Under the pieces are notes generated by a model, which worked only from the letters and a program-made list of their open reading frames with translations, was not told the DNA's origin and did not search any database. Shown here piece by piece: positions 25,831-38,020 of a stretch of DNA of 64,000 bases. The stretch lies in NCBI RefSeq assembly GCF_009834535.1, contig NC_045697.1, forward strand, positions 98,210,001-98,274,000. Direction: 5' to 3'. Position 1 is the stretch's first letter; each line of letters begins with the position of its first letter. The translations under genes and the position numbers were made by a program. Source of the stretch: Camelus ferus. Lineage: Eukaryota.

Positions 25831-28800
25831 AATTTTATCTTGAGAGCAGAATCTGATATAAGGGATGTTTGAAGATTTGCTACTGCCTAATTTTTGGAGA
25901 TACTTCCAGGGAGGCATACCCCTTGCATTTTAACACCTCAGCCAGCAAGTTCAGCATGCCTACCTTTCTGCCCCGGGACATGGACAAGAGTGGACTGGTC
26001 ACTTTGGCAACCTGAAACCTGACTGTACTTCCTGCAATCACCCCAGGAATGTTTGTTACTCTGAATGTCTATCCATAATATTGTCAGGTCGGTAATTACT
26101 CCAACTGACAAAGATAATAATGTGTTAACAGATCAGGCCTCCAGTGCTCATAAATTATGCTTTCTCGCCTTCCTCAGCAAGTATCTCAGGGATGCAGGAG
26201 ATGTGAGTTGATATTGGCCTCCGAGGTTTTCCGATGGCTGGCTCTCCCATGGCTGATGCTCTGGTGTGCTCCATTTACCTAGAGCCACCGGTTGTAATAT
26301 ACTCATGCTGGTAGTTGACATCTTTTAATATCCGTTGCTCTCTTTCTGCCTAGCTCTTGCGGTTCCATCTTGACATGAAACCATTTCTGTTATGGCCATT
26401 ACTAACTAAATAGCCCTTGGACTCTAGCTGGGAAACAGTGCCATCAATTCCTGAGAGTTATCCTATTTCCTGCACACAAAAATCCCAGCAGCTTCAGGCC
26501 CATTTATACTTTATTATTTATACAGCCAGGCCATTTATTGCAAGAGACGACCTCTCTCTGGGTTGGAGTAGGCAAATTATTCCATTTTCTCTTGTAAATG
26601 GTGCAACTCCTGATTCAGCAGCCTCAACAGGAGGTGTACTTGGGATGGAAGTATGTGCACATTCATTGCTGAGAGCGGGAAATCATTATCTGTGCCCTCT
26701 TCTTCATTGGCACTTCAAACAGAGTGGGATTGAAGAGACAGGTTTTCATATCACTTTAGCCATTGTGGCAGGTTATTGTTGGAGAGAGAAAGATGGAAAG
26801 AGAGAGAGCTTGGACAGCTCAGATTCATTTTAACGGTCTATTGGTTCCACTTAGTGAAGGCCTATTAATTGCATAACATGCATCTGTATCTGTGTCTTTC
26901 AAATAACATTTCTAACCACCTGGGGAACTACTCAGAAAGCACAGAAGGATATATAAAGAATGGGTGCAATTAGGAAATTTCAATCAAGGATGGAGAAAGG
27001 TTTGAAGGGAGAAAAGGGAAAGATGCTCCAACTTCAACTTTGTACGATATTTTTACCAAAAAGAAAAAAAAATTCTTTAGTTATTTAAGTCTTTTGTAAA
27101 TTACTACGCAAATACAGATACTGAGGGAAGTAAATTCATCAGTGAAGGGATCAGGCATGTTGTGAAACATAAGAGAGCCAGGAGGTTTCCGGTTGAAAAA
27201 CTGTTTTTATTTATTTTGATAAACACCCACTTAAATTGTATTTTTCATTCCTATTTATCATTTCCTAATGAAATTCCATATTCATGAAATACAAGAATAG
27301 TTATTTTCGTATGTTTTTAACCCTACCTAGTATCTTGTGCCCACTGAGGGACCCCAAAGTGCATCTCTGACAAAGAGAAGACATCCTGATCCCCCTAAAG
27401 AGGAGCTGCCGACCAGTAGGATGCTTGCCACTTCCTGCCAGGACCACTCATCCAGCCTCTGTCACCACAGTGCTGTCTCCCTCAGCAGACCACAAGCTAC
27501 TAGGGGACAAGGAGATTTCGCTAAGTACACTGTTTTCATTATCCCACCTTAGAAAAAAGCAAAACAAGTACTTTGAAAATTTGGAAAATATTTAGGTTAT
27601 ATATTTATTTGAGAGAAGGAAATCAATAGCAATAGAGCCTCTCTCTTTTTATTTGTTAGGATATTTTGCTTTGTTAGAAAAGACAAAGCATCCAACAAGA
27701 AGTGCCTCTGCTTCTAGAATACTCCCAGTTGGAAGGAATAAGCCAGTTAAGAGTGAGCTCCTTTTGATGTGGCCACCTTGAGAGAGGTGGATTAGCAAAG
27801 ATGGGGCGCTCGCCCTGATGCCAAAGGGACAGCAAGATCATCATAAGAAGACCAAGACTGGTCTCTGGCTGAAGCACACATTTGGCTCCTTTAGAGGATG
27901 CTTGGAAAGATCAATTCAACTCCTTGGCTTCTAGATCGGAGCCCAGCAGTAGACAACCTACAGTCCAGGAGGCCCAACTGATACGGTGCCCACTGCCCCT
28001 CAGTCTCCGCCCAGGGAAGGACACCTGGACAGGGGACTTATCTTGTCTTGGGCCTACAGGTGGCTGTTAAGAGGATAATTGGTTGGAACCTCCTTTTTAA
28101 TCTTGGCCCACCACGTAGCTAAAATATGGACCTCTTCTGCTTTAAAAGTCTAAGTACCACAAGGAATAACTAATTCTATTTTCTCTCCTGGCAGGTAAGG
28201 CATTACAATAAGCTATTTCTCTGTTATAATAGGTCTTCTTATGAATCCAGGATGAGACCTAGGAGTTAAACTGTGATAAGTCCCAAGGAGGAGAATACAG
28301 TGCTGTCCTGAGCTGCATCAAAAGCAATTATGAACAGCAACAACCTGTGACTTTCAGGACACCAGTCAGTGTTAGACTTAAAAGTCAGTCTGGAATTGGG
28401 TTTTGTTAAAGGCAGGATACTGAGACTTCCAGAGTGTCACCTTTAGCCCATACTACAAAGATTTCAAAAGCCTCCTGCACTATCAGCCAGAGACAACCTC
28501 TTTAACTCTACAATGTCATTTCAGACCATCAATAATAGGCACACGTGACTTTACTATCCCTGTACCACCAAGCTCAGTGTCTTCTAGTTGGCAATTCAGA
28601 ATTACTTGTTACATAAAATAAAATGGAGTGGGATGAACTTCTTGCAGAGACTAGAAATTCAACAGTTTAGTGTATTCTCTCCCATATGACCTACTTTGTA
28701 TGACCTTGTTACAAAGGAGTTATGCACTAGATTAGGAAAAAATATACACTTTATCTCTATGTACCACAGGGGTGATCAAAATTGCCACATTTAGGGAACA

Positions 28801-29589
28801 ATTTTTCAAAGGCAGGTTGGCTCCACACATAACACCAAGTGGAGAATCACAGCTAAGTCATACAACATCACTGATTAAACACATACGTTTTCTGAGTACC
28901 AAAGAACTATGCTGTATGGTGGTTTGGCTTAAGCCAATCTTGTAAGATAGAAATGACAAGGTTTTAACTTCTTGTCACTAGGACCCATTACTGATGAGTC
29001 AGACCATTTACATATTTTGTCTGCCTATTTTTAACAGATGGAAATAGATATGAAAGAAAGTCATCTTCTACCACCTCGATCTCAGTCTCAGATTGCTCTG
29101 GTCATTGATTAGAGAGATCCACCTCCAACTAGCTGAAGGCCAGAAAAAAAAAAGAATTAACACTGTTTAAAAAGTGTCAAAATAAACTTTCCCAGGGAAG
29201 GGATAAACCCAAACAATGTGGACTGAAAAAATACTGAGAAGAAATATTCCCAAAGATTTCCTAAGGAATTGTATCATTCACTGTCTGTCTATTAGGAAAT
29301 ACAAGGCCAGCTCTATAACAGCTGAATCATGACCCTAAGGAAGGGCTTTTTACCTTTTCATGGCAGGGAACACATAGAAAATTATCATCATCCTCATCAC
29401 AAAGTGTACTGTAGTAAATACTTAATGTGGACAGAGGTGACGTGCAGTGGTTGAGATGCACATCCCAAAGCCAAAGAGATGAGCATCTCAAGCACTGTCC
29501 CCTCTGGAAGAGTAACTGGCAGACTTTTTCTGTAAAGGGCCGGATAGCAAATATTTTATTTACATTTTGCTTAAATAAATCTGTTTCTC

Positions 29590-30133
29590 TGGAAGCAACC
29601 TAAATGTCCATTGACAGATGACTGGATAAAGAAAGTGTGGTATATACAAATATATACAATGGAATACTGCTCAGCCATTAAAAAGAATAAAATAATGCCA
29701 TTTGCAGCAACATGGATGGACCTCAAGATCAGCATGCAAGTGAAATAAGCCAGAAAGAGAAAGAAAAATACCAAATGATGTCACTCATATATGGAATCTT
29801 AAAAAGAAAAAAGAAGGACACAAATGAACTTATTTATAAAACAGACTCACAGACATGGAAAACAACCTTATGGTTACCAGTTTGGTACAGGAAAGCCTGT
29901 GTGGAGGGATAAATTGGGAAATCGAGATTTGCAAATACTAACTACTATACACAAAATAGATAAATAACAAGGTCCTATTATATAGCACAGGCAACTATAT
30001 TTAATACCTTGTAATAGCCTATAATGAAAAAGAATGTGAAAGGGATATATATATAATATGTATGACTGAATTACTATGCTGTACATCAGAAATTAATACA
30101 ACATTGTAAATCAACTATACTTTAATAAAAAAA
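29590..30133 (+). mobile_element. 5'-truncated artiodactyl-type LINE-1 3' end
   Basis: tggaagcaacctaaatgtccattgacagatgactggataaag...gcagcaacatggatggacc...caactatactttaataaaaaaa. Confidence 0.95.
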
Positions 30134-30143
30134 TAAGTCTCTA

Positions 30144-30400
30144 GGGGGTGGGAAGGGATAAATTGGGAGTTCGAGAGTTGCAGATACTAACTATATAAAA
30201 TAAACAATAAGTTCATACTATGTAGCACAGGGAACTATATTCAGTATCTTATAGTAACTTATGGTGAAAAAGAATATGAAAATGAATGTATATATGTTCA
30301 TGTATGACTGAAGCATTGTGCTGTACACCAGAAAGACACAACATCATAAACTGACTACACTTCAATAAAAATACATATTTTAAAAATTAAAATAAGTAAA
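30144..30400 (+). mobile_element. Second LINE-1 3' UTR fragment in tandem
   Basis: ggggtgggaagggataaattgggagttcgag...tagcacagggaactatattcag...ctgactacacttcaataaaaa. Confidence 0.9.
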
Positions 30401-31283
30401 AATAAACCTGGTTACCTCCCCCTAAGAAAGAAAGAAAGAAATATCTGTCTCAACTACTCAACTCGGATGTTGTAGCACAAAAGCAATCACAGACAATACA
30501 TAAACAAATGGGCATAACTGTGTTCAATAAAACTTGATTTGCAAAAAAAACAGGAAATGGTAGGATTTGGCCATTGGGCCATAGTTTGCTGACCCTTACT
30601 CTAGGAGACCGAAACGGCAACTGAGTGAGTGGGCTCTGCCCCCAACACCACACACACACACACACAATTTTTATCTATTTTGCCTACTGAGTTTCCCACG
30701 TGAGATATTGTTTCACTATTTAAATATTACTAAAAAGCAAATTAAAACTTAGAAAACTAGGTCAAGAAATATTATAAAAATATATATCTTAAATATATAT
30801 ACTTTTTTTTCAGAAGGCAAGATTCGAGGGAAATTGATACTTGAAGAAATACTAACACCTAGGCACAAAGAAAGTATTTTACTCACTAAATTAAGACTGG
30901 CATCTACTATTTTGTTAAATCTAGATCTTCCTTTTAGTTTCAAAGAAAAAAAGGTTTGATTGCTTGTTTGTTTTTTCACTATTTATGTATTTACAAATAT
31001 TGAAATATTCTAGGACCCCTGGGATGTTTATGAGCTCTGATTAAATCGCTTATAACTAAAGCACGAAAAGAAGTTTTGGGGCTTTTATTTACTTTCTTAA
31101 CTAAGTGATAAATTTAGAAGCAAAACTTAATGGTATACCTGGGTAGAGGAAAAGTTTCTAGAGATTGAAGGGAGGAAAGACAGGTGACAATTTCAGCTAA
31201 TTTTTACCTACCATTCTTGAAAGAGCTTTCTCGCTAATCCTGGGGAAAACTTACAGCAGGCTTTTCCCTTCAACCTAATTTGC

Positions 31284-31445
31284 TAGTAGTTTTCAAACTT
31301 CAATTGCATAATATTTAATTAGGGATGCTTATTGAAAATGCAGAATTCGATGATCCTCATTCAGAAGATATGAGGTTAGGCCCGGAGATCTGCATTTTTA
31401 ACAAATGTCCCAAGTCAGCAGACCGCGCTTGGAGAAACACCACTG
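31284..31445. mobile_element. MER5A-like MITE
   Basis: tagttttcaaact...aaaatgcagaattc...atctgcatttttaacaa...ttggagaaacaccactg. Confidence 0.75.
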
Positions 31446-32924
31446 TCGAGTGAAATAATGACATAAACTTCACTGATTTATAGCAGTAGGCTCTTACCCT
31501 TCTGAAAGGTGGAGGAATTGGATAATAGTGTATTTTTTAGACGAGTGTTCTTTTTATTGTGATTTTTTTCAATGACATGTGTTTGCCCTGAGCGTCTGAA
31601 GAATATTTTAGCTTCTTTGTTATTCCATTTGTTGATGTTCACTGATGTCTACTCCTAAAGGAAATATTTTTAAAGGGCCCAGGAACACAACTACATACAG
31701 ATATGATCTATATTTTAAAGAGGCACTAGGTTTGAGACCTTTCTCAGATGTCTTTGGGGAGTTGAGTTTATATTCAGTTCTAAAAGTACCAACCCTCGGT
31801 GGACACTAGTGTTGCAGTCAGCCAAACTGAAATCCTTGCACAAGGACATATTTTTAGCCAGTTCCAGATTTCATTCAAATGATATTGAAAGTTTCTTGGA
31901 CTTCATTTTCATGAGAAGTAGCTGCTATAACTTCTAAGGAAAAAAGAAAAGAGTTGCAGGAACTGGAAGTATTGATCTCTGATGAAAAATGAAAAAAAGG
32001 AATGTAAAAGAAAAGGAACAAAATGTTGAGAGTGCCAAGTGTAAGCATGGTAAAATTCTGTAACTATTCAGAAGACACCATCAACCCTTTCTTAGTTGGG
32101 AGAGTCACATGTAGTTGAGCAGAGGGTACAAGGACAAAGAAATGTGTCCTGATGTCTGTGTTCTCTGTCAAACTCAAAGCTGCTGATTACATAGTTTCAG
32201 CCATTTTTGAAAAATGTGTTTTGGCACACACAAGTAAAGCTCTTAACTAATCCAGGACTGCTGATATGAAGGCAGCCAGGGTTTATTTATAATTAGGCCT
32301 CACGTCCCCAAAAGTAAATCCATTTTTTACAATATGCAGGAAACTTACCTCTGCAAAAATTCCCCTCGCCCCTCCCCCAAGGGTGTCCACTTGGGATGAG
32401 TGAATCAAATAATGAGCCTGCTGAGTAGCACAAATATGAGAAAAGGGTTTGCAACTCTCACAATTTCTGCTGCCTTTTAAAAGCTTACCAGGGCTACAGT
32501 TCCCCTCTCAGGAAGCCATGTTAGCCAGAAACCCAGAAAAACACTGAGTTTTGCTGACCTGGAAGAGAATTTCCAACCTCAGAGTGAAAAACGCTGCTTA
32601 TTCACCCTCAGGTCCACGCCACATGCCACCTCTGCATTCACGTTTCAGTGCTGATTCAAAACGTCACTCGCCTCTTTCATGTGGTTTCCTCCCCAAGATT
32701 TATTTCCTCAGAAAGGTCAGTTTTGCACACTACTTAAGACCTATTTGTGAAACTATGTCTTTCTACCTTTCCAGGATATACTTTTCCTTGTTTTTTTTTT
32801 TTTTTAAACCAGATTGTGTTCTATCAATAAAAACCAACAGCCCCTGAAAGAGAACTGGTTCAAAGCGGAGTACAGAGTAATCAAGTGCTTGCTGAAGGCT
32901 ATTTCTATCCAACGGGAGGCCTTG

Positions 32925-33466
32925 GAGTGTGGTGTGCAGTCCAGGAGCACCAGCATCACCTAGAAGAGATGCAGCCATGCAGAATCCCAAGACCCATTCA
33001 GACCTACAGAATCTAAATCTTCATTTCAACAAGATCCCCAAATGATTCATACTGTTGAAATAACTTCCTAAGCCCAAGAAGGAGTTGCACCTGCCTAGGA
33101 TGCCTCACCAGCCAATTGAAACTTAAGAGAACATGTAAATGTTCTGCCTGCTCAGAAACACAGGACATTGGGTCAGACAATCCCCAAATGCCAAGCCAAC
33201 TCTGGGCTCTATACGTCTTTTCTTGTTCCTTCTTACCCCAAACAAGGTTGACTACATGGCCCCAGCCAATCAGATATTTTCTATTTTTCTCTTCCTGTTC
33301 TTCACTCTTTAACCTATGAAAGCCTCCTGCCTTCTGTCTCATTTTGCAATACTTTGGATGGAGACTGTCTACCTCGTGAAGTGTTAAATAAAGTGTGTTT
33401 GTATCACTTCAATTGTCTTCTCTAATTATTTTTTAATAGTATACGCTTCAAAGTTTGAGAAGCAGA
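32925..33466. mobile_element. MER5A1-like MITE split by an LTR
   Basis: accagcatcacctag...atgcagaatccca...catttcaacaagatccccaaatgattcatac | ...aaagtttgagaagca. Confidence 0.8.
33053..33438 (+). mobile_element. ERV solo LTR (probably ERV1 class), about 386 bp
   Basis: Starts TGTTGAAA, ends ttttaata (degenerate inverted terminus); CCAAT boxes; AATAAA near 33388; interrupts a MER5A1 at a single point. Confidence 0.7.
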
Positions 33467-34939
33467 AGTTCTTACACGAACAAAGAGTATGAGGAGGAGG
33501 AGGAGGGAATCCCAATCAGCAGGGAGGATGTTTTATGTGCACACCTAGTGCACATGCTCCCAAGATTCTGATTCCGCCATGCCTTGAGACTCTCCTGTGT
33601 GCACTGGGTGGAAGACATGCTGGAGATTCTTCTTACATGTTTTTCCCTGATGGAAAGAGTCATAGGGTGTCATTGAGCCCTCTGTGTAGGGCAGACCACA
33701 TGGAAAAATTCTAGAGAAATAACTATTCTCATACTAGCTAATTTCAACCTTACAGCTCCAGGGCAGAAGACAGTGCCTGACATACAATAGGTGTTCACTA
33801 ATATATAGCAAGTGGAATCTGAAGAACACCAAAATCACTGACGGAAGATAGCGGCTGTTACAACAACTGGAACAAGACTTCTTGGGATGCTAACACGAGA
33901 TTACCTCTCTTCATAGTTTCATTGCTCTGACCAAGTCAAAACCTTGGATTTGTGGAATTTATGGTCTGTTCCAAATCTAAACCTCAGCAAAAGCACAGCT
34001 CGGTTTGGTTAGGCTAGTAACACAAAGCTACTCACTGACATCATAGGGTATGTATTCTAAGATTCTGAAGGCTTGTTTAAACCCATTAATATGGTATGCA
34101 AACGGCAAGAATTCAGTAAATGCTGCCGACAGACTGACAAGATCCACTCACCACTGGCTTGAGTCTTTGTGACTCAGTTCAAAAGGAAAAGAATTCACAG
34201 GCTTCACCATCCACTGTGAAGCTGGGCAGCCTTTCACTGATGCGGAGGACTAATTCCTTCTTTGTCTCCAGATTGCATATTGCTTATGACTGGCATGACA
34301 TTCAGTACTCATGAAGCACAAATAGCGATCCCTGAAGCTGCTTTAACCTTTTCAGACTAGAGCAACTTGATTGTTCGCCTCATTACTCCCTCCAGACCTT
34401 CCCTGGGATGACAGCCCGAAATGGAGGGTTCCGCTGGCATCCTTCGTTAGCCCTTTTTTCACCATTTCCTAGCACAGCCAATGTCCTGGGAGCACAGGCA
34501 GAAAACTCCAACCACCATCCCTCAGTGTTTGAGTCCTTCGAGTCCCTGGGCGCATTTCCTAACTATTAAATCATGGGTGTGCTTTCAAAACCATGAGCTT
34601 AATGAGCTCTGCCCACCCCAGCTGGCCCCAGGACAAACCCTTCACTGGAAAATTCCTCTATGGTTTTCCTAGCACAAAGCAGGAGCAACAGTGAAAACAG
34701 AAAAGCTCCCCAACTTGAAATAAGGCAAATAAAAAATGATAACTGTTCCAAAAAGGCTGGAAAGGTAATCTGAAATGACACTTACTATCATATTTGGGAT
34801 CAGATTCGAAGCTCCTGCTAATTTGATCCCAGCTGCTGTGCAGACTCACCATTCACAGCAGCCCCACCCCAACCCACGCACTATATCCCTGCCGGCTACA
34901 CATCACTGCAAAGGGACACTATAGTTTTGCACATTTGGG

Positions 34940-35190
34940 TCCTCCACTCTACTTGGTAAATGTCTCCTCATCTGTGATGGCCTTCAAATGACTCCTCCAT
35001 CAATCCTATTTTCTAGGATTCAGGTCATTTTCTATCCTGCCAGTAAACTATAACTTTATATAAACCCTATTTTACAGCCTATCACATTTACGGTGTTTTT
35101 ACCTGTGTCATGACCCTAGAATGTAAGATATTTCAGAGCAGGGACAGCACCTTACATATCCAGTGCCCAGCTAAGAAAGTATCTGACTTT
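34940..35190 (+). mobile_element. L2 3' fragment
   Basis: ctagaatgtaagatatttcagagcagggac...atccagtgcccagc. Confidence 0.65.
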
Positions 35191-36224
35191 GTGGAAATAA
35201 AAAAACTATGAGCAATCAAAAGTTTACGCCCAAAATTAGAGATACTTTAGGAAACATGTAAGAGCCTCTAACATGCCTCCTTATTTTTGGAAAAAAATTC
35301 TATTGAAAAACTAAATGTTAAAAAGTATACTGTAATGAGAAGTCCAATAACACAAGTGTATGAAAGCAGTGGTCCACTCTCCTGTGCTGAGTTTAAGAAA
35401 ACTACAGAAATTGCTACAACTCAGGAGTAATTAACTCTGTTTATCTAAACCAGAAGTAATAATCCCATTAATCTGAATGACTGAGAAGCATCTCAATCTT
35501 TACAAGAGCCAGTTTCATCATATTCGTCCCATAGCCATATTATTTTGTTAAAAATGCTATTTAAATACTAATGAGATCATCTCAAAGCAAGCCAAAAGTG
35601 ATATACTTTTATTATCTTTCAATTTAACAATGCAGTAAAAATAAATAAATAAATGAAAGACGAAATAAAATTAGGGTCTAGAAAAACACCTTGAGGAGAT
35701 AAAAGTTTATCTTCAAAAATGACTATTCTGTTACTTATATTAACTTCAATTATCTTCTTTGAGAAAAACCTATGCCATATTATCTAGCTATGAGTGTTGA
35801 GAACGAAGGATTTCTTCATATGGTCACAAGTGCATATCGGAGGAAATATTTTCAGTCTAAGAAATATGGAGCATGCCCTTTGCTAAACAGGGATGAGAAA
35901 GGGTGAGGGAAAATGTTCCTCCCTTATGTGCTTTAACTTTTAATTAAACAGTCAAAAGGGCATCCAAGAAAAAGCCCTCTTTTTCAGGAAAAATATGATG
36001 CTAGGATATTTGAAAACATTTCTGGCAAAAGCATGATGAGAGGGGCCAAGTACAGGATGATGAGTTTATAGACACTTCATTTCTTATTTTTTATACCTAA
36101 AAAATCCATTCTGATTCCCTACCCTTATATATGAAATTTCCTCTCTGACATGACTAATATACATAACCATTTCCTCACATGCATTATTTATACACTAGGC
36201 TGATATAATCCTCTGGAAGGGGTC

Positions 36225-36740
36225 AAGTTCAGAGGTCAAGAGTACAGGTTCTGTATCCCACGTTTCCCACTTAATGAATTTGGACAATTTCATGTCTCTG
36301 CCTCGTCTTCCTCATCTGTAAAATGAAGCTGATACAAATAACCTATTTCATCCACTGACAGATAAAAGCATTCACATTTTAACATTTCTGAAATGAGGAG
36401 GGATCTTACTTGGAAGAGGATTTTCTTACTTACAGAGAGGATTTTCACATGCTCCTGACAGGAAAATTTCCCATCCTCCCTGAACCCAGTGCCAAGATTG
36501 ATCCATGCGAGTTTTCCTCTTCTGGGCGATCAATTTATTTTCATTTACCCTTATCCTGAGGGTGGAGATTCCAGATTTATATGAAGGTCTCCTATCTTGT
36601 AATTTCACAATTGAAGACATCTTAGATGTGATGAACTACCTCAGAGAGCAGAGGTAAGGAGGCTGTGAACTAATGCAAGAAAGAGCCTGGAGCAGCACGT
36701 GGTACAGAGTTGGCACTCAACAACTGCCAACTGTCATTTC
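36225..36740 (+). mobile_element. MIR interrupted by a MER104-like (TcMar-Tc2) element at about 36342-36639
   Basis: MIR core cttcctcatctgtaaaatg...aataac resumes at cctcagag...ggcactcaac; inner element has cctatttcatc...cacattttaacatttctgaaat...catcttagatgtgatgaactac. Confidence 0.65.
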
Positions 36741-36834
36741 TGCTGTACTATCAAGCTCTAGTTGTTGCTAAAAGATCAGCATGTGACTTGCTTAATTCTC
36801 TTAATCAACGTCAAAAATGCATCAAACTGAAGAC

Positions 36835-37091
36835 TGAGACCCTATAATGAAAAAGAATATGAAAAGGAATATATATACGTATAAATGAGTCACCATGCTG
36901 TACACCAGAAATTAACACATTATAAATTGACTATACTTTAAATAATTAAATGTATATATTATAATTATTAATCATTTTTACTAATTATATAGTAGATGTA
37001 ATTATTAAATAATTACATTAAATAATTAAATAATTTATAATTAATTAAAAATTGGATTTTGATGCCAAGAGTAATAGGTTAAAAAAAAAAA
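36835..37091 (+). mobile_element. Short L1 3' end with extra AT-rich 3' sequence and poly(A)
   Basis: cctataatgaaaaagaatatgaaaaggaatatata...gctgtacaccagaaattaacac...gactatact; flanking direct repeats aaactgaagac / aaaatgaagac. Confidence 0.85.
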
Positions 37092-38020
37092 TGAAGACAG
37101 AAAGCCATATGAAATAGCCCAACTTCATAAAGCCTTGCCCTTTCGTATGCCTCAGGTGGCCCTGGCCTCTGGCTGGCTACGGCCTCAATGAAGCAAAACA
37201 CAAGACTCAGCCTGTATTTCAGAACCCATCTTGCCAAATGTTTCAAATCCATCTGCTGGTTAAGACTGGCTTTACAGAGTGTTTCCTTTTCTGTAAATGG
37301 AAGAAGGGATTTAATCTAACAGAGTTCCTTCTTAACACGCTCAAAGTGGACTCCCTAGAGTTCCACAGATGCTGCATCAGCAGGGCGGGCAGGCTGCCTG
37401 GTAGAGAGACAGTTCTCCTGGTCTCCCAAAGACTAGCTCGAAGGTCATGCTACTTTGCTAATTCAGTAAAACGTAATTATGCTGCAAAAAAAAAAAAAAA
37501 AACGGCTTCCTTTCTAATTCCCCTCACTGACATACAAAGTTCCTACCACTTACATTGTTTAAATGTCAGGATATTCATGTACATCTTAAGCAGCAGTGTG
37601 TCCACTTCTACTCCAAGGGTTCTGGACTTGGGCTTTAGACTACAGAAGGAGCCTGTTGATATGCTCAGTCTACAGCCAATGTCAATAATCTCTCTCCCTT
37701 TCCTGGGTTCAAGCCCTTTTCCTCTGCTGCTTAAGTATGAAGGAAACAGACAAATGATGGCAAAATAAGTATCTCTTTCATAAATGCTTCACTGCACCCC
37801 TCCAGGTGCACTACTCACATCACAACCTGTGTGAACAACCCCCTGGAATTATCCAGGGCACAATCCTTGAGGCCATAAATGGCAACCTTGGTCCCAGGAA
37901 TTGGAATCAAGGCAAACATCTCATGAATTCTTCACAATCAAAACATTCATTTTGATTCATTTGATGATGTCACACTAATAAAATATCCTACATTAAAAAT
38001 AAATAACTTACTTAGTTACA

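Larger units (their letters stand above)
29510..30597. mobile_element. MER58A-like hAT MITE split by later insertions (arms about 29510-29558 and 30444-30597)
   Basis: Left arm ggcagactttttctgtaaagggccggatagcaaatatttt; right arm caactactcaactc...aataaaacttgattt...gggccatagtttgctgaccc. Confidence 0.85.

Noticed and set aside
29354..29408. Minus-strand mini-exon TLCDEDDDNFLCVPCHEK resembling a zinc-finger piece
   Set aside because: Weak pyrimidine tract and donor; the Cys spacing does not fit a full B-box; no supporting neighbouring exons.
36506..36658. Protein-like frame MRVFLFWAIN...IEDILDVMNYLREQ with a gtaagg donor
   Set aside because: It spans filler, MER104 and MIR pieces, so it is a chance frame.
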